IMG/VR virus record: IMGVR_UViG_3300042508_000910
Strand: one strand, 5' to 3'
DNA from: a virus
DNA: 64,000 bases
The number at the start of each line of letters is the position of its first letter. Positions within the stretch are counted from its first letter, which is position 1. A program made the position numbers and the translations under genes. The notes beneath the pieces are model-generated. The model was not told the origin of the DNA, did no database searches, and was given only the letters and a program-made list of their open reading frames with translations. Positions 39,371 through 48,883 of this stretch are shown piece after piece.

Positions 39371-40280
39371 TTCTTGGGTTCTCCTTAAGATATTTATTAT
39401 TCCATGTTGGAGAGCATACAAATGTTTGTCCTTCTGGCACAATCATTCCATTGACTCCTCCTCCACATATATGTTCTGATATACTATAATCACATATACT
39501 TAAAAATGGAAAATTCTTTGATAAATCTATATTATTTAATTCTAAATTCATTTCTCCGTATTTTGATACCGTACTACTCATCCATCCGTCAGATGCATTT
39601 TTTCTGGTATCATGTGAGACATTTTTATTAAAAGCTCTATCCATTCTCCTCCAAAAGTCATTATATTGTATTTTTTTGGATTGTTCAAGATTTTTAATAA
39701 CTTGTTTGAGCCTTTTCCAATGAAGAATCGTGCAACCGCAAGAATTGCTTACTCCTTGGACTTTAATTAATCCAGATTTAGTATTTAAATCAAAAGGAAT
39801 ATAGAGATTATTTCTACTTTTCAAATCCTCACTAAAACATTCCTTCATTATATCTGGAAATGTTTCATGTGTCTTTTTCCTATCATACATATCTGGGTGA
39901 TCTGTGCCAGCTATTGCTATAGTATTTTCAGAAGCCTCGAAAACATCTACACAGTCTCTTAGCCAATCTTTTCTCCACACATAATCAGATTCTAGTATAC
40001 AAGCTATATCCAAATCATCATTTTGATGCATTAAATTGTATACTCTTTCAAAAGAATATCCTATTCCATAGTTTTTACCATGCAGAAGTAAATTAATAGG
40101 AAATTTATCAGAATATTTTAATGAAAAATCTAATAAGGCTTGCTGCATATTAGGCAAAGATCCATCGTCTATAATCCAAGCTTCATTTGGCTTAATACTT
40201 GTATTATTTATAGCCGAATATATTGATTCTCCTAAGATTTTAGGTCTATTGTATGTTAAAAAATAGAATGCAATATTCAT
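39354..40280 (-). CDS. GT2/GT-A glycosyltransferase
   Basis: LTYNRP, IIDDGS, ILESD, EHICGGG. Confidence 0.75.
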   Translation of the reverse strand: MNIAFYFLTYNRPKILGESIYSAINNTSIKPNEAWIIDDGSLPNMQQALLDFSLKYSDKFPINLLLHGKNYGIGYSFERVYNLMHQNDDLDIACILESDYVWRKDWLRDCVDVFEASENTIAIAGTDHPDMYDRKKTHETFPDIMKECFSEDLKSRNNLYIPFDLNTKSGLIKVQGVSNSCGCTILHWKRLKQVIKNLEQSKKIQYNDFWRRMDRAFNKNVSHDTRKNASDGWMSSTVSKYGEMNLELNNIDLSKNFPFLSICDYSISEHICGGGVNGMIVPEGQTFVCSPTWNNKYLKENPRNANQN

Positions 40281-41503
40281 ATAATTTTTAATTGTGGCAT
40301 AGGAATAATAAATTTTCCTTTATATTGTTTATTATTGTTTATAATTGCTTCTGCCATATTCCATACAGAAATAATACAATAATCTGTAGGATTTTCATAA
40401 AAATAATCTCTATTAACTATAGGTATCTTCTTACTTGGAGAAAATTTACCTTGTTTTAAGGGAGAATCATCAACAACATAGTCTATAATTGTAGCGTCTA
40501 GTTCAAAGAATTTGCTAAATAAGGCAAATTTAGCTGGACATCCATAGCAAGAAATCCTGCCGCCTTTAGATTTGATATCTTTTATAAAACTTTGTAAATC
40601 ATTCTTTAAAACATTTAATTTATGTAAAAAATCTTCATAAGTTTTATTTGAATATAGATTAAAATCTTTTTCATTTTGAACAAATTTTAGAACATTCTCT
40701 GATGTCTTATATATTTGATTCTGAATCTTTTTTGCATATATTCTAAATGATCCGCCTTGAGTATTTACTCTTTTTATATCAAAAATTTCCATTTTATAAG
40801 AAGCTAAATACTTAATTAATGGTATAATGCCATAATATTGCAAATGCTCATGATAAACTTGATCAAAATATAAACCCTTTATTGTATCATAAAGATATGC
40901 ATTTTCAAAAATAAATACCCCATCATCTGCTAAACAATGGACTATCCCATCCATCATAGAATCTAACTGGTCAACATGTGCAAATACATTATTCGCACAG
41001 ATAATATCTATTGCTCCGAATTTATTTTTAATTTTAGTTGCGCTTTCAATATTGAAAAAATCTGTTATAATATTAGCATTTTGAATTGATTTCGCTCTTT
41101 CAGATATGTTTTCTGCTGGATCAATTCCTATTAGCTTGCCAAATTTAATATTATCAAACTCCTTCAAGAGGATTCCGTCATTTGAACCTATTTCTAATAT
41201 ATTAGCATCATTTTTATAAAAACGACTTTTGATATCTTCGGCATATTCACTAAAATGTTTTATGAGAGATGGTGAATCTGAGCTTGAGTATAAATAATTA
41301 GAGAATAATATCTTTGGATCAATTGTTTCTTTTAATTGTACATGGCCACAGTTAGAACATTTTATAACAGTCAATGGATATAAATTTTCATTTTCATCTT
41401 GAGTTTTTGGATAAGAATTAGCTAAAGGACTTAATCCAAAATCGATAACAGTTTGAACATGCTCTTCCTTGCAAAGACGGCAATTATTAATATTTTTGTA
41501 CAT
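40277..41503 (-). CDS. NDP-hexose C-methyltransferase (SAM-dependent, Zn-binding)
   Basis: CRLC...PLAN...CSNCGHVQL, LEIGSNDG, NNVFAH, FDQVYHEH, GGSFR, YGCPAK, DDSPLKQG. Confidence 0.9.
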   Translation of the reverse strand: MYKNINNCRLCKEEHVQTVIDFGLSPLANSYPKTQDENENLYPLTVIKCSNCGHVQLKETIDPKILFSNYLYSSSDSPSLIKHFSEYAEDIKSRFYKNDANILEIGSNDGILLKEFDNIKFGKLIGIDPAENISERAKSIQNANIITDFFNIESATKIKNKFGAIDIICANNVFAHVDQLDSMMDGIVHCLADDGVFIFENAYLYDTIKGLYFDQVYHEHLQYYGIIPLIKYLASYKMEIFDIKRVNTQGGSFRIYAKKIQNQIYKTSENVLKFVQNEKDFNLYSNKTYEDFLHKLNVLKNDLQSFIKDIKSKGGRISCYGCPAKFALFSKFFELDATIIDYVVDDSPLKQGKFSPSKKIPIVNRDYFYENPTDYCIISVWNMAEAIINNNKQYKGKFIIPMPQLKII

Positions 41504-41523
41504 ATTTAATGATATTATTAATT

Positions 41524-41552
41524 ATTATATAATTTAAAATTTCTATTTTCAA
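41524..41552 (-). promoter_or_regulatory. sigma70-type promoter TTGAAA-N17-TATAAT
   Basis: Intergenic, upstream of the C-methyltransferase. Confidence 0.55.
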
Positions 41553-41562
41553 TTAAAATATC

Positions 41563-42390
41563 TTATCTAATATTTTTATATAAATTATATATATCTAATT
41601 CAGAATTTATTACGGCTTGATGAGCGTATGGTTCTGCTCCAAGGTGTATGGAATATGCATATGAAGGCGAAAATGCATAAATTTTTATATTTTTATTATA
41701 TATTTTGTAAGCTTTATCAAAAGCATCCTCTGGATGCAGAAACTTAAAATATTCTTCCCATTTGCTTTTAATAATTCTGCAAATATTTATAAGATCTTCT
41801 GTCTTATTTACTCTTGGTTGAAAATTATACCAATATCTACCTTTATATATCTCTTGAGAAAGATCTGGCACTTCGATTTCGTGACGAATAAACCACTCCA
41901 CAGGATCTGTTGGTATTTCATTGTGGCTAAGTCTTAAAAAATGTATTCCTTCTAGATTTGGATCATTTTCTAATTCAGAAATACTTTTTTCTATATAAAA
42001 ATCTAAAGAATGTTGTTTGATAATTATTGGCGAGTCGTCTTCTAGAACAAAAACGTATTTAGATAATTTTGAAGAATTTTCTATAAAAAAAGAACAGATA
42101 TCATGTGCAATTCCGCCTATAAATTTTTGTCTATTAATATATCTATCATCATCTTGTATGTTATGGTTATCTTTTATGATAAATATTTGAAACCCATATC
42201 CTGAAAAAAAATTAATAATGTTATTTGCATTATCTAAATCATTTTCAAAAATCTTTAAACTGAGAAATTTATTCTTAAAGATCTTGTCTTCATTATTATT
42301 AAATAAATGACGTATTGTTATTTTATAGTCATCATATCTTCCATATCTATTTTTAGAGCTAATAAAGACGCAAAGATCAATATCAGACAT
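41563..42390 (-). CDS. Putative GT-A glycosyltransferase
   Basis: YVFVLEDD, YNFQP, YSIHLG; cluster context. Confidence 0.6.
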   Translation of the reverse strand: MSDIDLCVFISSKNRYGRYDDYKITIRHLFNNNEDKIFKNKFLSLKIFENDLDNANNIINFFSGYGFQIFIIKDNHNIQDDDRYINRQKFIGGIAHDICSFFIENSSKLSKYVFVLEDDSPIIIKQHSLDFYIEKSISELENDPNLEGIHFLRLSHNEIPTDPVEWFIRHEIEVPDLSQEIYKGRYWYNFQPRVNKTEDLINICRIIKSKWEEYFKFLHPEDAFDKAYKIYNKNIKIYAFSPSYAYSIHLGAEPYAHQAVINSELDIYNLYKNIR

Positions 42391-42416
42391 TGTATGTTGC
42401 TCCTTTATTTAATGAT

Positions 42417-43202
42417 CTATTTTTCATCTTTATTGAGTACTGGCTTTGGTAAATTAAATTTAGAATAAAACTCTTCATTTAATTTTAATTTATCATTATC
42501 TTCATCCCAAGCGTAGGAACAAACTCCGTATCTTAAACTTTGAAAATTTAGTTTTCTTTTCAAATATTCTTTTGATCCAACCCAGCTATAATGTTTTGGA
42601 AATATTAAATTTTTTGGTATAGTTAAATGTGATCGATCAACATCCTTAGAATTATCATCAAAATCTACAAGGTCATCTTTATAAAAACTTTTTAGTCTTG
42701 GATTTTTCTTAGTAAACCATATTCTTGGAACAATAAAATCGTCTACCCACGTATTATAATCTATACAATAATTTTTAAAATTAACTTTAAAATAATATAC
42801 TAAATCATTATTTTTAATATACCTAATCATTTTCTTTATTTCATTTAAATCCCAAATTTCATCAACATTTACCATTATTAAAAGATCAATGTCATATTTT
42901 TTTAATTCTAAGAAATTATTTGTCCACATCTGATATTCTTTCTGTGGTGTATCATATATGATCAAATCATCTATTATGCCTGATTCTTTTTGCTCTTTAA
43001 TCAACTCCAATGTTCCATCTGTGGAATAAATTGGAAATCCTAAATTATAAGTTTCTTCAAAACATCCGTGTCCAAAGCATATTTTAATATCTTCAATTTC
43101 TGGTATTATAGTTTTATCTTTCTTTAATTCATTCCAAGATAAGAAACACTTTTCTACTAGCTCCTTTGAATCATATCCTATAGATGATATTCCAATTTTC
43201 AT
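42417..43202 (-). CDS. Putative GT2-like glycosyltransferase
   Basis: STDGTLELI, VNVDEIW, PRIW, KHYSWV. Confidence 0.65.
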   Translation of the reverse strand: MKIGISSIGYDSKELVEKCFLSWNELKKDKTIIPEIEDIKICFGHGCFEETYNLGFPIYSTDGTLELIKEQKESGIIDDLIIYDTPQKEYQMWTNNFLELKKYDIDLLIMVNVDEIWDLNEIKKMIRYIKNNDLVYYFKVNFKNYCIDYNTWVDDFIVPRIWFTKKNPRLKSFYKDDLVDFDDNSKDVDRSHLTIPKNLIFPKHYSWVGSKEYLKRKLNFQSLRYGVCSYAWDEDNDKLKLNEEFYSKFNLPKPVLNKDEK

Positions 43203-44143
43203 ACAATTACATCCTTTACATTCCTATTATTGATAATAACTGCTTCGTGCGCCCTATCTTTAAGTTCTTTAGCAATTTTTGTAATCGTACCCTCAAACTC
43301 GAAATCAAAATTTGTTATAAATTTATCAGATGATATTGCGAAGTCATATACTTTAGAATGAAGTTTCTTATTAATATTTTCTTCTTTTGTTGGCTCACCA
43401 TCTATAATGGATAATTTTACATCTTCAAAAACTTCGGCTACTTTTCTGCCAATTATATCTACTGTAGAATTAAAAGAGGCTAAATTATAAACTCCCCTTA
43501 AATCTCTTTCATTAAGAATTATTTTTTCAATAGCTCTGCATAAATCGCCAATGTATAAAATTGGTCTTTTAATCATGGGATTGAACACTCTGATCTCTCC
43601 TTTTGTTATTGCACTATTTACCATCGAATTTATCATTATGTCGTTCCTAATATTTCGAGAAAATCCATTTACTGTACCAAATCTCAATCCATAATATTCA
43701 ACATTATCAAATATTTTTGCATAATAGTCTATTTCGGCTTTTGAAAGATCGTAAAAACTTCCAGCGACATATTCTTGACATTCTTCAGTTACTACATTTC
43801 TATTAACGTTTCCATATACGCTTGAGCTACTAGCATAAATAAACTTTTGATTAGGATTAATCTTTAAAAGAAGCTCTATAAAATATTCAACATTATTTTT
43901 AAATGCTCCTAACATATTATCTTCACACATTTTTACGCTTGAATGTCCAGCAAGTAATACTATATCTGTAAACTGTGATAGATATTCTTTGCTCAAATCT
44001 TTAAAATTTATTCTAAAGTTTTTAATGTTAGGGTTACCAAATATCTCTAAATCAACAGATTCAACATTGTATTTACCATTTAAATATGTAAAAAGACTAC
44101 TTCCTATATAGCCACAACCACCAATAATTAATATTTTTTTCAT
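43199..44143 (-). CDS. NAD-dependent epimerase/dehydratase (SDR)
   Basis: IGGCGYIGS, YASSSSVYG, YDLSK, LRFGTVNG. Confidence 0.85.
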   Translation of the reverse strand: MKKILIIGGCGYIGSSLFTYLNGKYNVESVDLEIFGNPNIKNFRINFKDLSKEYLSQFTDIVLLAGHSSVKMCEDNMLGAFKNNVEYFIELLLKINPNQKFIYASSSSVYGNVNRNVVTEECQEYVAGSFYDLSKAEIDYYAKIFDNVEYYGLRFGTVNGFSRNIRNDIMINSMVNSAITKGEIRVFNPMIKRPILYIGDLCRAIEKIILNERDLRGVYNLASFNSTVDIIGRKVAEVFEDVKLSIIDGEPTKEENINKKLHSKVYDFAISSDKFITNFDFEFEGTITKIAKELKDRAHEAVIINNRNVKDVIV

Positions 44144-45045
44144 TAAAATTTAAAGTAAAAGATGTCTTTCCAATTATTATATCCTTTATTTATTAAATCT
44201 AAAAGAATTTTTCTATCAATCATTGTTGTTTGTGGGATAGTAATATTATTATATACAACCTTCGCTATGCTTTCTTTATCAAGATATATTGGTAAACACT
44301 CTTCAAAATCTTCTTTCCAGCGTATCATCCATGGAATTCTGCCATATTGAGGATCAAGTACTAGTCTTGGCAAACCTAATTGATAGGCGATATGACTTGG
44401 GCCATTACATGTAAATACTCCATAGACACTTTTAGTAAGATAATCTAAAGAATCTTCAAAGGATGGATCTTCATGTATAAAAACATTTGGTGGAAAATTA
44501 ATTGAAAAATCACCTAGATTATCAATTTTTTTATCCCAACTTTTTATCATAGGAAAATATATAATATATTGTGGTAGATATTCTGCTATAGATTTTAATA
44601 GGCCTGGAATATCATTATAAACATATCCTTCTGTGGTGCTACATAAACCGCAATATATTATGTTTTCTTTTTTAGAAAAGTGTTTTGTTAATGTCTTAGT
44701 TTTTTTAATTAATTGAGGATTAAGGCCATAATCTTCATATTTAAATGCTAAAGGATGTTTAAATAATAAATCTGGAACATTATATGTTATATCAGATCCA
44801 TATTTGTTTTTTACTTCGTTTAAGATTAAATCATCTTTTAATAATGCATTATCATTTGCATATTTTTCGTCTATTTGCTTTAATTCAAATTCATTTCCAA
44901 AAATATACCATAAAGGTTTATAAACATCATTTCGTGTTGATATTAGATTTTTATGAGGTATATTTTTTTGATTTAAAAGATATGAAATTTGAAGGGATAA
45001 TATGCAATCTCCAAGTCCATGTCCACCGATATTAACTAATCTCAT
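44143..45045 (-). CDS. GT9-like glycosyltransferase
   Basis: GHGLGDCIL, CNGPSHIAYQLGLP. Confidence 0.65.
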   Translation of the reverse strand: MRLVNIGGHGLGDCILSLQISYLLNQKNIPHKNLISTRNDVYKPLWYIFGNEFELKQIDEKYANDNALLKDDLILNEVKNKYGSDITYNVPDLLFKHPLAFKYEDYGLNPQLIKKTKTLTKHFSKKENIIYCGLCSTTEGYVYNDIPGLLKSIAEYLPQYIIYFPMIKSWDKKIDNLGDFSINFPPNVFIHEDPSFEDSLDYLTKSVYGVFTCNGPSHIAYQLGLPRLVLDPQYGRIPWMIRWKEDFEECLPIYLDKESIAKVVYNNITIPQTTMIDRKILLDLINKGYNNWKDIFYFKF

Positions 45046-45904
45046 ATTTCATGATACTTTCTTCCAAGGCTTCAACAATATGTCTCATATTAAAACCAGT
45101 CTTTAAGATCTTTGAATTGTCTAATACGCAATTTGATCTTGGTGTTTTTGCTGCTGTAGAATAAAAATCTTCATCATTATCAAAAAATATAAATTTCTTA
45201 TTAGATATATATTTATTTATTAACTTTGCAACAAATTTTGTATCTATAGATCCTGTATTGGTTAGATTATATATTCCTGTTTCACATTCGCTCTCAGGCA
45301 AGTAAAAACATCCTTTAACAAATTCATCTGTGTGAGATAGCGAATTGACAGCGTTCAATGCCTTTTCATAGTTTAATAATTTAGTTATATAGTTTTTCCT
45401 ATTAGAGATTTCGTTAAATGGTATTCTTAATCTACATACATATACTTTTTTGTCATTTTTTAAAAATTTTTCTGCTTCAGCTTTAACTCCGCTATAATAA
45501 GAGCATGGAAGCGAATCAAAGCAAAAATTTGGCTTATCTTCTTCTGTAAAACCTTTGCCATTATTGTCTCCATTATAAATACAGCCGCTTGATATATGTA
45601 TCCATTTTAAATTAAGTTCATTTGCTATAATAGATATGTTTTGAGGTATTTTATAATTTTTGTCTTTACATTCTTCTTTATTTGTTTCACATCCATCTAC
45701 ATTAGGATATCCAGTATAACCAGCGCAATTTATAATTAGATCGGGCTTGATTTCTCTAGTAATCTTAAATAGATTATCTTTATCTAGCAGATCGCATTTT
45801 TCTCTATCAATCGATATAAAATCTATAGATCTGGTATTAAAATAATTTTTGAAAGCTTGTCCAATATAACCTTTTGATCCCAATAAAACTATTTTATTAA
45901 GCAT
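45032..45904 (-). CDS. rmlD: dTDP-4-dehydrorhamnose reductase-like
   Basis: LGSKGYIG, INCAGYTG..NVDGCE, HISSGCIY, YSGVK, PRSNCVLD. Confidence 0.75.
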   Translation of the reverse strand: MLNKIVLLGSKGYIGQAFKNYFNTRSIDFISIDREKCDLLDKDNLFKITREIKPDLIINCAGYTGYPNVDGCETNKEECKDKNYKIPQNISIIANELNLKWIHISSGCIYNGDNNGKGFTEEDKPNFCFDSLPCSYYSGVKAEAEKFLKNDKKVYVCRLRIPFNEISNRKNYITKLLNYEKALNAVNSLSHTDEFVKGCFYLPESECETGIYNLTNTGSIDTKFVAKLINKYISNKKFIFFDNDEDFYSTAAKTPRSNCVLDNSKILKTGFNMRHIVEALEESIMKYEIS

Positions 45905-45911
45905 AACATAT

Positions 45912-45940
45912 ATTATATGTTATATTTTAAAATATGTCAA
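45912..45940 (-). promoter_or_regulatory. Consensus sigma70 promoter TTGACA-N17-TATAAT
   Basis: 7 nt before ATG at 45904, at the head of the glyco cluster. Confidence 0.8.
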
Positions 45941-46239
45941 GATAAATTGTGTTCTTTTTTAGTAGACTCTGGAATAGCTGCAACAAATTCTGGACCTTTA
46001 CTTTTGGCTTTACGATAAAGTTTTTTAATAAAAGCGTCATAACTCATACCTTTTTTCATGCGTCCAAAATTACTAATTGCATCGCGAACATCTTGTGGGC
46101 TTACTATTGGAAAAGAGCGATCTTCTGGAAAAAGGAAATCACTATCTTTTAATTCGCTTCTTTTTGTGCCTTTATAAGTTTTTTGATAGGCTTCACTTAG
46201 AGTAATATCTAATTCGTATGATTTAACTTTTTTGTTCAT
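45937..46239 (-). CDS. Small basic protein, DUF6582-like (probable head-associated)
   Basis: RSELKDSDFLFPEDRSFPI...VRDAISNFGR. Confidence 0.55.
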   Translation of the reverse strand: MNKKVKSYELDITLSEAYQKTYKGTKRSELKDSDFLFPEDRSFPIVSPQDVRDAISNFGRMKKGMSYDAFIKKLYRKAKSKGPEFVAAIPESTKKEHNLS

Positions 46240-46675
46240 CTTTTTTTTCTTCGACTTTGACTTCTGTAACTGGTGCTTCTATTACTGGCTCTGCTGGTGC
46301 TGTAACAGCTGTATGAGTTGGTTCGACTATTGGTGCTTCTACTTTAATCTCTGGAGCAGGAGCTTCTATTTTTTGCTCTATTACAGGGCTAATATTTTGT
46401 ACTTTTTCTTCAATTACTGGTTGCGATTTGGCTTGTTTTTCTGCTTCTTCTCTAGCTTTTTTGTCTTTAATCTCTTTAATTTTATCTGAAAAATCAATTT
46501 CGATGCCTTGTCTGTCTGCTTTTGCTTTCTTCTTTGGGGTATTAAATGTATTGAGACAGATTGCAACTTTTTGCTTTTGAGGTCTATTAGTGCGCTCCTC
46601 TTTGCTTAGAAAGTCCATGCAACGCCCCATATAATCATTCTGTTTTTCGTTGTCTTTTGGTTGGGGCATTGGCAT
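46223..46675 (-). CDS. Hypothetical head-associated protein with PEVK-rich tail
   Basis: MPMPQP...YMGRCM...QKVAIC microdomain; GTGTAA 10 nt upstream. Confidence 0.6.
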   Translation of the reverse strand: MPMPQPKDNEKQNDYMGRCMDFLSKEERTNRPQKQKVAICLNTFNTPKKKAKADRQGIEIDFSDKIKEIKDKKAREEAEKQAKSQPVIEEKVQNISPVIEQKIEAPAPEIKVEAPIVEPTHTAVTAPAEPVIEAPVTEVKVEEKKDEQKS

Positions 46676-46685
46676 ATACTATATA

Positions 46686-46711
46686 TTACACATGTTTTTA
46701 ATAGAGTGTAA
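46686..46711. promoter_or_regulatory. Back-to-back GTGTAA motifs
   Basis: TTACAC 46686-46691 and GTGTAA 46706-46711. Confidence 0.65.
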
Positions 46712-46719
46712 TTGAAAAT

Positions 46720-46794
46720 ATGAGTATTGCTTCTTGGTTAATCTGTGGTGCGGTTTTAATTTATATACTTTATTTAAAAGAGAGAATTAAATAA
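46720..46794 (+). CDS. 24-aa single-TM micropeptide MSIASWLICGAVLIYILYLKERIK
   Basis: Below the ORF-track cutoff; ATG 8 nt after GTGTAA; hydrophobic helix plus basic tail; abuts the convergent gene. Confidence 0.55.
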   Translation: MSIASWLICGAVLIYILYLKERIK

Positions 46795-47514
46795 TTAATA
46801 AATTGCATACTTTGAGTTGAGATAATTTTCAATCTTTGTTATGTCTTCTGCAGATATCAAATTGTCATAAATAATAATTTCACTAACATAAACATTAGCA
46901 GGCTGACCTGTGCTTCCATCATTGCCAATGTATAAAGCTGATCGGCTAACAAATCCTTCACCATCTGATTCAGTTAAGTTGTTTTGTCCATTAAGCCTAA
47001 ATTCATAGCTTATACCATCGTTTGATATACTGGCTATAACAGCCGCTGTATTTGCAGAGATTGTTGTGTTGGCTGGTATTTCTATACTAAAATAGCTTCC
47101 CCAAGTATTTCCTAAAACTGCACTATATAAGCTACCACCAGTAGCCTCAAGAATTGCGGCATACTGACTTGGCTGGGAGGCCAATGTTTTGATAACGGCA
47201 TAAATTGTTTTAGCTGTGACAATATTTGTTCCATCAAGTCTTCCTCCATCAAACTTTATAGCTGGTTTACCGTTGATGACATTATTTTCGAAAACAGGGT
47301 TCGTTGTCGTAACAGAAAGATTATTGTTCTGACCACTTTGATCTGCCCATGCTGTTACATTTGAGCCAGAAAGAGAAACTCCAGCATCAGCTTTGAGCCA
47401 AAGTTTTAATCCATTAAGTGGGATTGGTAGTTCTGGTGTTGCTATATTTTTAGGAATGTATAAATTTATTCCTCTCCTAAAAGAACCTAATTGTCTTGTA
47501 CCTTTAACTATCAT
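46795..47514 (-). CDS. ConA/LamG-like virion protein
   Basis: LKLWLKADAG...VTAWADQSG...INGKPAIKFDG...SEIIIYD...IENYLNSKY. Confidence 0.75.
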   Translation of the reverse strand: MIVKGTRQLGSFRRGINLYIPKNIATPELPIPLNGLKLWLKADAGVSLSGSNVTAWADQSGQNNNLSVTTTNPVFENNVINGKPAIKFDGGRLDGTNIVTAKTIYAVIKTLASQPSQYAAILEATGGSLYSAVLGNTWGSYFSIEIPANTTISANTAAVIASISNDGISYEFRLNGQNNLTESDGEGFVSRSALYIGNDGSTGQPANVYVSEIIIYDNLISAEDITKIENYLNSKYAIY

Positions 47515-47530
47515 TTAAGTAAATTACACC

Positions 47531-47806
47531 TTATTTATCGAGATAATCTTTAATGTCTTTTATCAATTGTTTTCTTTTTCGGCGTTCTAGAGCGGTAATA
47601 TAAAGAGCTAAAGAGATCGGAAAAAAGATCCTAAGAAAAAATCCCAAATGATGCTCTTTAGTAAGAAGATCAAAATGATTAAGGTAAAGATCGCTGAGTC
47701 CGTAAATTGTAAACAAAATAGCTGGAATAAAAACAATAAAAAAGAACTTCTCGTAATATTCAAGATTATTCCACCAATCTTTTAATTTTTTGATAATATC
47801 CAACAT
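47531..47806 (-). CDS. Two-TM membrane protein
   Basis: Two hydrophobic segments, basic C-terminus. Confidence 0.6.
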   Translation of the reverse strand: MLDIIKKLKDWWNNLEYYEKFFFIVFIPAILFTIYGLSDLYLNHFDLLTKEHHLGFFLRIFFPISLALYITALERRKRKQLIKDIKDYLDK

Positions 47807-47967
47807 ATAAAGAAGATTACAGCCAAGACAGAGAACCAGAGAATGTTTCTTTTCTTATTTTGCCTCTTATGATATTTCCAAAATTCAGCTATAAATTGTT
47901 CTGTATTATTACAAGATGGCGCTATTAATTTGACATCTCTTATTAATTTATTTACTCTCTTATCCAT
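47782..47967 (-). CDS. Small C-terminally anchored membrane protein
   Basis: 61 aa; KKR followed by hydrophobic helix; overlap-coupled to neighbours. Confidence 0.5.
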   Translation of the reverse strand: MDKRVNKLIRDVKLIAPSCNNTEQFIAEFWKYHKRQNKKRNILWFSVLAVIFFICWILSKN

Positions 47968-48512
47968 GCTTTAGTTCTTTCTGCATCATCATCTATTAAT
48001 ATGCTATTGAAAACTATAGCTTTATATTTTTCTTCTATCCATTTGGTGATTCTTATTTGATATTCTGCTCTATTACCAGCAAGACCAACTGGCATTGTAC
48101 CATAATTACTATCGTAAACCCAAAGCATACCTTTGTGCTCAAAAACACAGATTGCATGTCCTCTATGTTGAGGTATGGAGACTTTATATTCTATTAGAGT
48201 TTTATCGAAAATAACTGAAACATTATTTAGCTCATCTGTATAGTGAAATTGAAAAGCAAAAATTTGAGCCCATGTATTTTCTTGAGATAATAGATAGTTG
48301 GCGTTAGATGCGAATACAACAGAATCAACAAAACAAGAATTAGGAATTTTTGATATGCTATGAGTCCTAGCTAAATTAAAACCTATATTAAGAAAGTAAT
48401 AAGCAATAGCTATATTTATAATTAAAACTAAAGTTAGTTTACTTTTCCAACCGAACCAATTTAATATCCTTTTCAATACCAATAAGACTTTATTCTTAGG
48501 CTTTTCGTTCAA
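47952..48512 (-). CDS. Membrane-anchored papain/transglutaminase-like Cys peptidase
   Basis: N-terminal TM; PNSCFVDS...GHAICVF...WVYDSN (Cys-His-Asp). Confidence 0.55.
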   Translation of the reverse strand: MNEKPKNKVLLVLKRILNWFGWKSKLTLVLIINIAIAYYFLNIGFNLARTHSISKIPNSCFVDSVVFASNANYLLSQENTWAQIFAFQFHYTDELNNVSVIFDKTLIEYKVSIPQHRGHAICVFEHKGMLWVYDSNYGTMPVGLAGNRAEYQIRITKWIEEKYKAIVFNSILIDDDAERTKAWIRE

Positions 48513-48513
48513 A

Positions 48514-48879
48514 CTATTTTGTTCTGTAATTGATCTCGTATGTTTTATTCTTTCTATTTAAGACTTTAAAGGCTGCCATAGATTCTTCTTTTATATCTTG
48601 CTCTGATATAATCCAAAATTTACACCAAGCTTCTTCTTCAATTGGTCCTTGTATAAGTTCGCATCTTGGTTGATCACCCTCTAAATAATAAAAAACACAA
48701 TGATAGCATTCTTGGCCTTGATTTTTAAATGGGTTATTTGCTGAGTCTATATATTGAATACCATTTGCGCCTGATCCGCGATCAAAATAACCATATGTTT
48801 GAAGATTAGTTATAACTTTAAGATAAAGATCTTTTTGTCTTTCGTTAAGTTTTGGAAAGATTAAGCCTTCGTTTGCCAT
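48514..48879 (-). CDS. HiPIP-like four-Cys domain protein
   Basis: CYHCVFY...CELIQGPI...WCKFW. Confidence 0.65.
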   Translation of the reverse strand: MANEGLIFPKLNERQKDLYLKVITNLQTYGYFDRGSGANGIQYIDSANNPFKNQGQECYHCVFYYLEGDQPRCELIQGPIEEEAWCKFWIISEQDIKEESMAAFKVLNRKNKTYEINYRTK

Positions 48880-48883
48880 AGAA

